Shown piece by piece: positions 1-11,821 of a stretch of DNA of 64,000 nucleotides. Source of the stretch: Paraspadella gotoi (lineage: Eukaryota > Animalia > Chaetognatha). The stretch is from positions 1,037,923-1,101,922 of the forward strand of contig CM119264.1 in the NCBI GenBank assembly GCA_051294375.1, in the 5' to 3' direction. Position 1 is the first letter of the stretch. Each line of letters starts with the position of its first letter. Made by a program: the position numbers and the translations under genes. The notes under the pieces are model-generated. The model was given only the letters and a program-made list of their open reading frames with translations, made no database searches and had not been told where the DNA came from.

Positions 1-902
1 GAGGAATGGCATGGAAAAATGAAATGGTTAATGACATACAAAGAGGCTCTTGTTTAAATTTAAAAATAAAATGAGACGTCTGGATTGATAATAATCAAAA
101 AATTCACAATCGAAAAACAAACGAATGAATACAATCGGTTTTTTTTCCGCAAAAAAAAACGACTAAAATTTGATTTGTTTTTTCACTTTTTAATATTTGC
201 TCTTTCTTTTTCCAGTCACATGACATGTATGAAAACTGGTTGACATGTTGACAGAATAAAAAAAATGTAAACAGCAAGAAAAAAAAAATATTTTGTGATA
301 CCGAGAGATCGACAGCTATAAAATGAAAGCAAGAAAATGCCGAGTCAATTTTTGAGGCATTTTTAAAATCTAATACTGACAATACCCCGGTAAAAAATCT
401 ACTCACGCTTCAAGGTATGTAAAATTACAAGATTCATGGTCGACTTTTTTTATTATATATTAAACTTATTTAGACTAAATTTTTAAAAGAAAATATGAAA
501 AAGTTTAATATGTTACACATAAGTATTAAATTTTATTAATACTGTATTTATTTAACTTTTAATAATGTAATGATGAGAGGGATGTCAGTGTTGTCCTTTG
601 AAAATAGAGGAAGCATCTACTACACAAGGTTAAAAATTACTTTCTGCCCTAATTTTCTAATAAGATATGATAAAAGATAAGATATGACAAGTAATGGAAT
701 TTAAAAACACTGTATATACTTAATTCTCTGAAAATTTTATAATTCGAGTTCACTTAACATATTTTTTTTAATTTTCAATATGATAACTGAAAAAACCTAT
801 CGATAAACAATAGAGGTAAGAGAAATATAAGTTTTGATCGTAGTAAATTTAGCAACATTATTTATTATTAAAATTATTTATTTTGATACGAAATTCAACT
901 AG

Positions 903-1073
903 ATGAAGGCTGTTATCCTCTGCGCCTTACTGGTTGTGGCATTAGTGGCTTTGACTGATGCAGCGTTTGAAGGTACGTTAAAAATGATGTAAAAAATATG
1001 TTAAACTAATGGTTAAAAATAGATTATCAATTAACCAACTAAGAAATACAGACTGAGGGAGAAAAAGAGAGAT

Positions 1074-1124
<51 letters not shown>

Positions 1125-2079
1125 TTTGCACATGCTTACAGTCCCAATGAAATGTTACAGGTTCGGACGACAACCGTGAATGTGAATGCGGAATGATGTA
1201 TTGCAACAAAGCTTGCAGCGGAAAACGTGAATTCGAAGGTAAGTGAGAGGTAAGGAAAGGTAAGGCCTCGAATTGCGTCTATGAAGGATCGGGCAGGAGT
1301 GGGTAGAACATTTTGAGTTTCTATTTTCGCAGAGCCACCCATTTCTATTCTGGAATTTAATTTTAACCTTAATTTTAAATTTTAAAATATCCCCAAACTT
1401 TAAATCTAATTCATAACATTAAAATTTAATCCTAATCGCGAACATAACTTAATACTAAACCCTAACACCTGATCCCAAAACTTAAACCCTAACCCTTAAA
1501 CTTAAACCCTAGTCCTTAACCCTAGTCCTTAACCCTAATCTAGTTCTTAACTCTAATCTAGTTCTTAACCCTAATCTAATCCTTAACCCTAATCTAATCC
1601 TTAACCCTAATCTAATCCTTAACCCCAATTTTCATAAAATAGTTAATTAAAAATATTAACCTAAAAATTTAAGGTTTAAGCGGGGCGTTCTGGGAAAATA
1701 ATGCCAGGTAAGATCCTCTTCAGAAGCTTTGCACATCAGGACATGAGGTCATTCAAAGGCCATTGGGTCGATATGGTCAACAAAGGTTGGAATAGGTCAA
1801 TTTACATCAATTTACATCAATAGATCAATTTACATTGGTGGAAGGTGGCAAAAAATATTGGACAGGGCACCGGAAGGATTGCGGGAAAAATCCGAATCAG
1901 AACACATTCCGTTACAACTTAGAACTTTGAGTGAACCAGGGATGTAAAATTAAAAGAAAGCTATTTCGTTCTTCCATTGGGACGTGGCCATTGGGGGAGG
2001 TTTTAGGTCGGACCGCAAAAAGGTGAAAAGTCAGTACAAGAGCGATCAAAAGGCATGGGGTTTAAGGTTATGTATTTTA

Positions 2080-2150
<71 letters not shown>

Positions 2151-2347
2151 TAGCTAACAAGGCATTCTTTCCACCCACATCAACAGAGAGCCCCCACTTG
2201 GCCAAGCGAATGCTCGAGGAGATCAAGAAAATCCACATGGACGAACGTGGAGTGAACAATTGCGTGGGTTGCCGCTGCCAATGTTGTCACACGATCGATT
2301 GCCTCAACCCGGGAAATTATTTCGACGGGAAATTCAAATGTTGCTGA
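903..2347 (+). CDS. Secreted cysteine-rich peptide precursor (about 102 aa; toxin, neuropeptide or antimicrobial-like); coding exons 903-972, 1161-1238, 2187-2347
   Basis: MKAVILCALLVVALVALTDA signal-like N-terminus; phase-1 GT-AG introns; product ...NRECECGMMYCNKACSGKR...LAKR...DERGVNNCVGCRCQCCHTIDCLNPGNYFDGKFKCC*. AATAAA at 2434-2439. A likely 5'UTR exon ends at 815 (G|GTAAG), with an AG acceptor immediately before the ATG. Confidence 0.8.
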
Positions 2348-2602
2348 AGACTCGATGACTCTTTGATTATTTTGGATTTGATATTCGATTTTGAAATATT
2401 GATAATTTATATTTGGCAAATTTGAGGTACAAAGAATAAAAATCGATCGATTGTACTTGAAACAAGTTGTTTGTTGGTGAAACATAGAAAGACAGAGGCT
2501 AATATCGAAACTCTGACTACATTTCATCAAAATTTAAGCCAAACAGATCAGAAACAATAATTTTTCTTTATAAAAATTGTTAAGTTTTAGATTTTAAAAT
2601 GT

Positions 2603-2685
<83 letters not shown>

Positions 2686-2689
<4 letters not shown>

Positions 2690-2900
2690 ACATATCCCTC
2701 TCTCAGGTTAAAAGTGATGTCCTGTTGAATGTCTTGAGCGAACTTGTCGGCGAACTCCGGGTAGAGAGTGAGCACGTCGAGCAGACCGCGGATGGAGAGG
2801 CACTGGAGATCGCAGTAGGTGAGACCCCGCACATCGCAAGAAGACTTGAGATTAACGGGGTCTTCGAAATCGAAGTCAGAACCAAAGAGATCGCCTTTCC
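2686..2900 (-). CDS. Elk: Elk exon 22 (CNBHD)
   Basis: GKGDLFGSD...[14 protein letters not shown]...YPEFADKF...[11 protein letters not shown], ends at a GTGAG donor with no stop. Confidence 0.95.
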
Positions 2901-4531
2901 CTGTTGGGGGGGGAGTAGAGGGTGGGGGGGGGTTGAAATAGAGAGACGGTTGGTTGGGAGTCGTGAGGTACAAGGTTAAGTCATTTCTCTTCACGGCTGG
3001 TCTCACTTGTTTCCCTTGTCAATTTCAAAATTGAACTGAATTGCACTTATGTGACAGCTCTAGGAGCAGTAAAAAACCTCCGGCACTAATTTTCTAAAAG
3101 CGCCCCATGTCTGTTTTTAAACTATGAACTTGATAATTTTTTTTCAAAATTATTAATCTAATCCTTATCCCTAATCCAAAGCTATTAGCTAACCTTTGAT
3201 TTAGTCCTTAAAAATTTACTTGATTCTGAATTCGGGCTGATATGAGGAGTTTTCAAAAAATAAGGCAAAGCTGGCATTGATAAAGACAAGCAACTGATAT
3301 AAACAGAGGTTAAGAAAATAAAAGCGGAAAAAAATTAAAACATACTAAAAGCAATGAATAATAACATTCTATGTGTGTATGACATTGAGGGGAATTGGCA
3401 CAATCAATCAATTGATAATCAATTTACAATCAATTGACAATTAAGCTTCTCACCGAGAATTGCTACGACCATGCCTCCCTTTAGAATCTCCATTGACCCC
3501 GTTACTACGTAGTAAATGTAATTAAGGGCGTCTCCTTTGTGCACAAGGTATTCCCCTGAGGACAGAAGAAACAAGAAACGTTTTTTAAGGGTTTTCAGAA
3601 GTTGATTAAAGTTACGTTTTATTTGTATGTTTACTTTGTTTCTTTGAATTTAAAAGACACAAATATAAAATCTTAAAAGAGAAATTGTAATTCCTAACAT
3701 TGAGATAATGTTCAAATTTTAAATTTCTCGTCTCTCTCGTCTCTCTCTCTCTCTCTCTCTCTCTCACCTGGTCCGCAGAATATGGTTTTCACAGTGAGAC
3801 TAAGGGCCTTGAGGCATCCCGGACTAGCAGACTCAAAGATAGGCAGCGCTAAAATCTCGCGGTAAAGATGAATGCAAATGTCTCCACGCAGTTCTTCGGG
3901 AAAATCGCGTAGAATCTGTCACAAGATTATCATTATCATTATCATTATCATCAAAATCATCATCAAAAATCTCCGTAATTTCCATCATCGTCATCAACAC
4001 GGTCAAGTTAAGCCAGTGGTTTTTTTCAAATATTATACTACTTCATTGATAGGGAAGCCAGATACATTGGGAATTAATAAACGAGACTGTGAGAGAGTCT
4101 TGAATGAAAGCTTGCAGGGACCTGCTATGTCATTATCTTGTAAGAGTGATGGAGGCCTTAAACCACCAAAGCCTGTCCAAAGTCAGGGGCAAGGTAGCTT
4201 ATTTATTAAATGAACGTATAAATTTCTCTACCAATTTCAAAATAAATCAATCAATCAACATCATGACTATCACTAGTATCGAGATCATCATCATTATCAT
4301 CATTATTACAATCATCATCATCATCCCAATCATCATTCTGTCACACTTTGTCAAGCCTTTTTCAACTTGGACCAACCTCATTGGTGTCTATTCCGCTGTT
4401 GACTGACCAAGTGGTCTGAAAAAACTCCTGCATGCGTTGCTTGAGCGGTTTAGGGATGTGGTGAACTTTGAAGAAATCCTGTTTACGTTTAAAGTAAAAG
4501 TAAAGTAAGTTATAAAGTAATAATAATAATG

Positions 4532-4570
<39 letters not shown>

Positions 4571-4572
4571 TA

Positions 4573-4656
<84 letters not shown>

Positions 4657-7467
4657 TCATTATTATCTAATAAGAATAAAAAAATTAAAAAAACCGCAAA
4701 TTAAAAAGTTCAACAGCCGATGATATTTCACTTAATCGATTCTTCTCATTTAGATCGCCATTTTTGTACTCGGACCTCTTTTAACTGAAAAGCGAAAAAG
4801 GTAAGTTCACCAAAATTCCTCACCCTTTCACTCTCTCTCTTTTCGTCCTCTTACCTTAAGATCCCGCGTCTTTGAGTGAAACTGTGACCGACGCGCGTAC
4901 ATGCGTTGAATGATCGCCGTCACGTTTCCGAACACGACGGCGTGCATGAGAGCTGTGAGAGTGTGAGACCGAAAGAGGGAGGAGGTGGCGAAGAGACTGG
5001 TCGGTGAGAAAATTGACTTTATTTTCCCAGAACGACTCGTTTCATCTTTAATCTAAATTTTTTTTTAGTTAAGCATTAGGTTGGAGGATGAGGTTGGAGA
5101 CTAGGGTTAGGGATTATTGATAATGATTAGTGTTAGGGATTGGGATTAGGGTAAAGGATTAGGATTATGGATAGGGATTAAGGTTAGAGATTTGTGTTAG
5201 GGATTAGGATTAGGGTTTGGGATTATTGTTAGGGATTAGTGTTAAGGATTAGAGTTAGGGATTAGGGTTAGTGCTTATGGTTAGCGATTAGTGATAAGGA
5301 TTAGTTTGGGATTAAGTGTTTGTGATTAGGATTAGGTTTTAGGGTAAGAGATTAAGATTAAGATTAGGGTTAAGGATTAGGTTTCTGAGTAAGGTTAGCA
5401 GAAAAATTTATGGCATCGGCGATATTTAAACTTTGGCACATATAGATTTTTGTTTTTCCAAGCATCTTTAAAAGCAATACTATTAAAACAATCTTTACTA
5501 GACGTGTGAATCGACCAATTATTAGATGGTCTCACGTACCAAACAATGATCCAATCAATAGACGGATTGACAGACCGACCGATCGAAATCAACCAATCAA
5601 ATCAAAATAAACCGAATCACCTCCAACCAACATGGCGGCCACGCAGAAGATCTTCTCCGATCCAAATCAACCAATCAAATCAAAAGAAATCTTCTCCGAT
5701 CGAAATCAACCAATCAAATAAAAAGAAACGGAATCACCTCCAACCAATATGGCGGCCACGCAGAAGATCTTCTCCGATCCAAATCAACCAATCAAATCAA
5801 AAGAAATCTTCTCCGATCCAAATCAACCAATCAAATGAAAAGAAACCGAGTCACCTCCAACCAACATGGCGGCCACGCAGAAGATCTTCTCCGCCGAAGT
5901 ATTGGCGGCCACGTTTCCGAATCCCACCGATGTGAGGGAGGAACAGGTGAAGTATAGCGCAGTGACGTAGGAGAGGGAAATCTCCAGATCGGCCACCGAC
6001 GCGTTGGGATCCACTTTCTCCGAGAGTTCCGTCAACCATCTGTCGAGGTTTTGCGGGGGGGGGGGGTTAAGAGAAAGAGGGAGGGAGAGGGAGAGAGGAG
6101 AGGAGAGAGAAATAGAGGAAGATCAGAGATCCTTTTTTTTAATAATAATGTTATAATTAAATAATTTATTAACTCAAACTTTTATTAACTTAGTTTATGT
6201 TCCTCTTTTTCCTTATATAAGCAAAGGTTGTCTCTTGAATTTATAGCAAAAAAGCATAAAGGGTATGTTATTTTCTTACAAGGTCTATGCATATTTTTTT
6301 GTTTTCCATGGTGAACTGACCTATTTTTGCATACGTGGAGTTGTGCTCGATTTCCATGTTTCCTATGACATACCATATGCAGGCTAACCAGTGTGCGAGA
6401 AGCCCGAATATGGACATGAGTAACGTTAAGATGACCGCAGAATACTAAATGGAATTTGGGTATTGTTTCGAAAGGAATAAGATATTATTGTATTACTATT
6501 ATTATAATACATAATGTTTTAAAAATAAAAATAAGGAAGAGAAAATCCAAGGCGTTGCGCTGCATTTTTTTTAATGGACCTTAGTTCTCGATAATGTAAC
6601 TATATGATTATAAGAAAAATATATATAAAAAGCATTTTATAGTATTTTTATTTTATCAAAAAATATTTAAAAAAACTTAATACTGCTGAAATTAATAAAA
6701 TAATATATATTATTATTTTTAAATGATTATTATTATATAATATTATTTTTCAAATGATTATCTCTTGGGTTTGAATCCCACCGCTGCCACCACATTTAAG
6801 GAAAAACTAATGGATTTCCAGTGTGCAATCAACTCGATTTTATTCTGAGTAAATCTCAGGTGAAAGTGATATGCAGGAGTCTGAATCAATGCTACTGAAA
6901 CTAGAGAGAACTAAATCTATTTATAACAAAAAGACAGGATCAGAGGCAAGAGTGATTTTGACAATTCCATTGTTTCTGATCAGAATTCTGCGATTCCATT
7001 CTGGCGGCGATTGCCCGATCCTCCGATTCGTTTTGGATTTTGGTGAGATTGATCTGAGATGATATCACTATATAAATATTTAACATGTATACAGAAAAAT
7101 TTCAACTATAATAGATACACGTTTAGTAAGTAAAGATAAATTCAATTTATCATTACAAAAGTGATAAATAATTAAAACGTAAGAGAGACAGACCGACTGA
7201 AAAGTGACTTTTAGTGTTGCTCCGGTTACTCGCGGCCCAACTGAGAAATAATTACTATAACTGATTTATTATCTACGTACAGGGTAAAACTCCTTCCAAT
7301 AAATGGAATTAAACTAGTTATTAGATTAGTCTAAGGCATAAATACAATACAACACAATAAATACAATAAATTACCTGCGAGTATCTCTCTATTTTTTGCA
7401 GGAGTCTCGCCAATCTCAAGAGTCGAGACATTTTCAGCAAAGGGATGAGTGAACCCTGATAGAGAGA

Positions 7468-7559
<92 letters not shown>

Positions 7560-7725
7560 AAAAAAATTAACGCGATCACGTGACATAATCATATTCACGT
7601 TTCCTAATCACTAATTATTGATTCTATCTTCAGAGTGAATCAGCAATGAAAGACATCTGTCGAACGATGTGCAAACAAAACTATTCAAAGAAGCTTTTTA
7701 AACATTATGTAACAATCTAACAGGG

Positions 7726-7824
<99 letters not shown>

Positions 7825-9954
7825 CCGAAAGAAAGACTCGATCGGGACAAAACCAAATTCGATAAAACAAAAGTAAATTAAAAATATTTTCGAATCTCAA
7901 TTTATAAATCAATTTATGTTTTATCAAATCAAAATATAAATCAATGAAAAAAGAATAAATCAATAAATAGTTTAAAATCCAAAATAAATCAGTGAAATCA
8001 GTTAAATTATTTTTATTTTTTTTTATTTATTTGTCATCATATTTCAAAATATGTTATTTTATTTCATCAATATTTAATCAATTAAATAAAATTCATAAAT
8101 CATTTAACATTTAGTCGGATAAAAGTCGGAACCAATTGTAAAGCAGTTCGCATAATTCTTTAAACGACGAAAATCCCTTACCATTTCCAGCCTCACCACC
8201 AGGTGCCATTTCCACCAAATACCATTTACACCAAATACCACTTCCACCAAATGCAATTTCCACCAGATGCAACTCCCCCTTTACCACCTCCACCAATCAA
8301 TGCCATCTCACCGTTTCGACGTTCATCGCGTAGAGCAGATCGAAGGGAACCGCGGCTAGAAGATCGAGAAAGAACCAACCCTTGATGTAGTTGAGCGCCA
8401 CCAGGCGAGAATTGTACACAACCTGACCCATTTTGTTGACGAACGTCGTACGAAAAGAAAGAGCTATGTCTGAAGGAAGGAAAGAAGTGTGGGAAGGGAG
8501 AGAAGTATGGAGGGGGAGAGGAGAAATGTGGGAAGAGAGAGAAGTGTGGAATGGGGAGAGAAGTTTGGGAAGGGAGAGAAGTATGGAGGGAGAGAGGAGA
8601 AATGTGGGAGGGATATAAGTATGGAATGGAGAAAGACGGGTGGAAAGAGAGAGGAGAAGTGTGAGAGGGAAGGGAGAAGTGTGGGAGGGAGAAGAGAAGT
8701 GTGGGAGGGAGAGTAAAAGTAGGGGTGGAGAAAAAAGAGAAAAACGGAGGAAAAGGTAAAGGAAAATTAGTTTAGCAGAATTACTTGTGGTTCACTTAAA
8801 AAGAGATTTAGTTCTTCAATCTCATTTACATATTGTAGTAGTTTATATTATTTCTGCTATCTTTTGATACGATTTTCATAAAATCGATATTTTCCTTTTT
8901 TTCGCAATACTGTTAATAAGATAAGGAATAGGGAAAGAGTAGTTAAAAGTTAGAATAGAGATAATTATTTATTTTGATCTCTTGAATGAGATTGAACTTC
9001 TTAATTTCATTTACATATTGTAATGTTTAATATGATTATTTTTTACTTTAAAACTTTTCGGAGTTTTGCTTTTTTCCCCGATTTTTTGGAAGTTCTTCAG
9101 CAATATTTTAGGTAAACCGGAATTATAGTGATATTTTAATTGATTAATTGATTAAAGGAGTCACAATTAGGATTTGGTTAAAGGAAAGTCGCTCGTATGA
9201 TCTTTTACTCTTAAAATTATAAGATTTTGAATGGAAAGATTTAAAATATATTGAACGGGGTAAATTTAAAAAAAAAAAATATATATATATATATATATAT
9301 TGAAAAAGATATATATAAAAAATATATATATAGATTAGACTTACTTATATTTCATTTTTATGTTAAGAATTTTTTCTAATTTTAAATATTTATCTCAAAT
9401 CAAATTCATCTAAATATGAAATGAAAGTGTCTTGTTTCAATAACCACATTAGACTAACGATTTCTTTTTAAATATGCTTCTAGCCATAACTACGCTCATA
9501 ATTAAAGTAGAAGGGGGAAAAATTGAGGCTCTGCGCGATATTTTAATTTTTACAATAATTTTAGCCAATTAAAAAAAAACAAGATATCCACACTATTACC
9601 GAGAATAAATGTATTTCATACAAAAAAACCAACATTCGAAATACTTCGTCGTCGTCGTCGTCGTCGTCGTCGTTATCATAAAAAATAATCAGGCAAAGAC
9701 ATCATCTTGGTTTCGGTCTTCTGCTTTGGCGAGGCGTCGAATTGAAGGAAGGAATAACGCCGATTCTCATTGAGTTCCATGACGGCGGCTTTGTTGCCAC
9801 AACGATAGCAATAATTGGGAGCGCTAGAGGGGGGCGAGCAATCCTTTGATTAAACTGGATTTTAAGAAATATAAAAATTGAACCAATTGGTAAAAGAATC
9901 GATGCAACAATCAATATCGCAATAACGGACAATCTATCAATAAATTTAAATTAA

Positions 9955-9997
<43 letters not shown>

Positions 9998-11750
9998 ATC
10001 TTCTAATTATTTTAATCACTCACTCAAAATCGACAAGTAAATCAGATTTAATCATTCTTCAATTAGTTAATAAATACATCAATCAATCAATCAATCAATC
10101 AATAAAATAAATCTTCATTTAACCTAAATATCGTAACGACGAGCCTTCCGTGACACCAGTTGAAGCCTTCCATGATGAGTTGATGTGCTCTCGCGACCAA
10201 AGATAATGTGTTCGTCATCGTAAATTTTTCGGAAACGTCCTGGGTTGAATGGAGTGAAGAGAAAAAACCGAATGATTGGGGGAGAGGGTGGCTCTCTATT
10301 CCGAGAGCGCCCCTTTTCTGTTCTTTTTTCCCCCAGAATTTTAATTTTCACCTATTTTAACCCAAATATATTTTTTAAACTTTGTATTCATTAGTCAATA
10401 ACCCGAACCTAATCCTGATCAGTTCATGACCATCGGGTTCCGGGATCGATCCCCATTGGGCCGTCAATCGCCTGGAGGGTCTGGAAAACCTTCAAGCCTG
10501 TTTCCAAGCCCACGACCCGTTCCATCGCTGCCAAAGGGATCGGCGTCTTCAACTCACTTAGCGCCATATAATAAAGATATCCATAGAATAACGAATACAA
10601 TTAATAATTTACGGATTTATCGAATTATTAGATTATAATAATTTGCGTTAAACTGATCTTACTGATTTATAAAAAGCTGACTGGGATCTTTTTTAATTTG
10701 ATATAAATATCAATTATTAAGATTATATCATTTTTCAAATTTTTCAGTAAGGCAGAAGAAGACATTTTGAAAAAGTATATACTGTGCTAAGTAAAGTTTT
10801 ATCATTTTAAGACAATTAAAATATTTTTTCCTTCTTTTATTAATTTTAAATGTTTAAGTTTATACTGTATACTATAAAATATTTATATAGAAAAAAAAGT
10901 TTATTGCATAACATCAAACTCGGTTGATTTAAAATATAAAAAGCATATTGTTTTTACCACCCGAACTACCCCATCTACCCCAACTATCCCAACTACCCCA
11001 ACAACCCAACTATCCAAACTACCCCTACTATCCCAATTATCCCAACTACCCCAACTATCCCACTACCCCAACTACCCAAACTAGCCCAACAATACCAACT
11101 ACCCCACCTGGCCGAAAGTATATCCCGCACCGCGCGGAGAAATTCCGAAACCCGATCTATCGTCAGGGTCCGACCAAAGTAGATCGCACATGGCGCCCTC
11201 GTGCGGAACTTCGCAGAATCGATCCAATTCCCGGATCTGAAGTCAAGAGTATTCTATAATCAATCCGACATCAATAATCAAAAACTGCCCCGGTTTCTAT
11301 CCGACTCCATTCCTTAACTATCCCAGCTTATGATTAGTTCCATCCCTCTAATTTCAAGAATCGCTACCTTCCCTTCAAAGTTCAAACTAACTCCATCCCT
11401 TTACTACCCCATCTTCTAACCAACTCCATCCCTTTACTCCCCAAGCTTCTAACCTATCCCTTAACTACCCCATCTTCTAATCCGCTCTATCCCTGAACTA
11501 CCCCATCTTCTAACCCACTCTATCCATAAACTACCCCATCCCAGGATCCAGACCTGGTCTAGAGTCTTGATGAAAGGGCTGAGTCCTCCGTGCAGACAGA
11601 AGATGAGGCCGTCGATGATCGCAGTCAGAGGAAGATAATCGAAGACGTCGACGAAAAGTTGCCAAACTTCACTCGATCCATATTTGCGGAGGCATTCGTC
11701 GTAGAAGCCGTAGACTAGGAGTGGGAGAGGGAGAGGGGAGGGGAGAGAGG

Positions 11751-11821
<71 letters not shown>

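Noticed and set aside
1142-1179. Upstream acceptor at 1141 for exon 2 of the peptide gene
   Set aside because: It gives VPMKCYRFGRQP-stop in the required phase. The acceptor at 1160 keeps the frame and an even Cys count.
2587-2685. Elk terminating by read-through (VRERERE...HFKI*)
   Set aside because: A canonical GTGAG donor followed by (GA)n indicates an intron, and Elk channels normally have a long distal C-terminus, so further exons probably lie outside the window.
5100-5395. True telomere or chromosome-fusion site
   Set aside because: The TTAGGG units are degenerate, short and bounded by the MITE-like termini at many intronic sites.
6315-6334. Donor G|GTCAGT at 6320 for Elk exon 16
   Set aside because: Phase 1 is incompatible with the only AG before exon 17, which needs phase 2. 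The donor at 6334 was used instead; a sequencing indel cannot be excluded.
7820-7900. Strong minus-strand donor GG|GTAAGT at ~7825
   Set aside because: No convincing acceptor or conserved frame upstream; exons 14 and 15 already join in frame.
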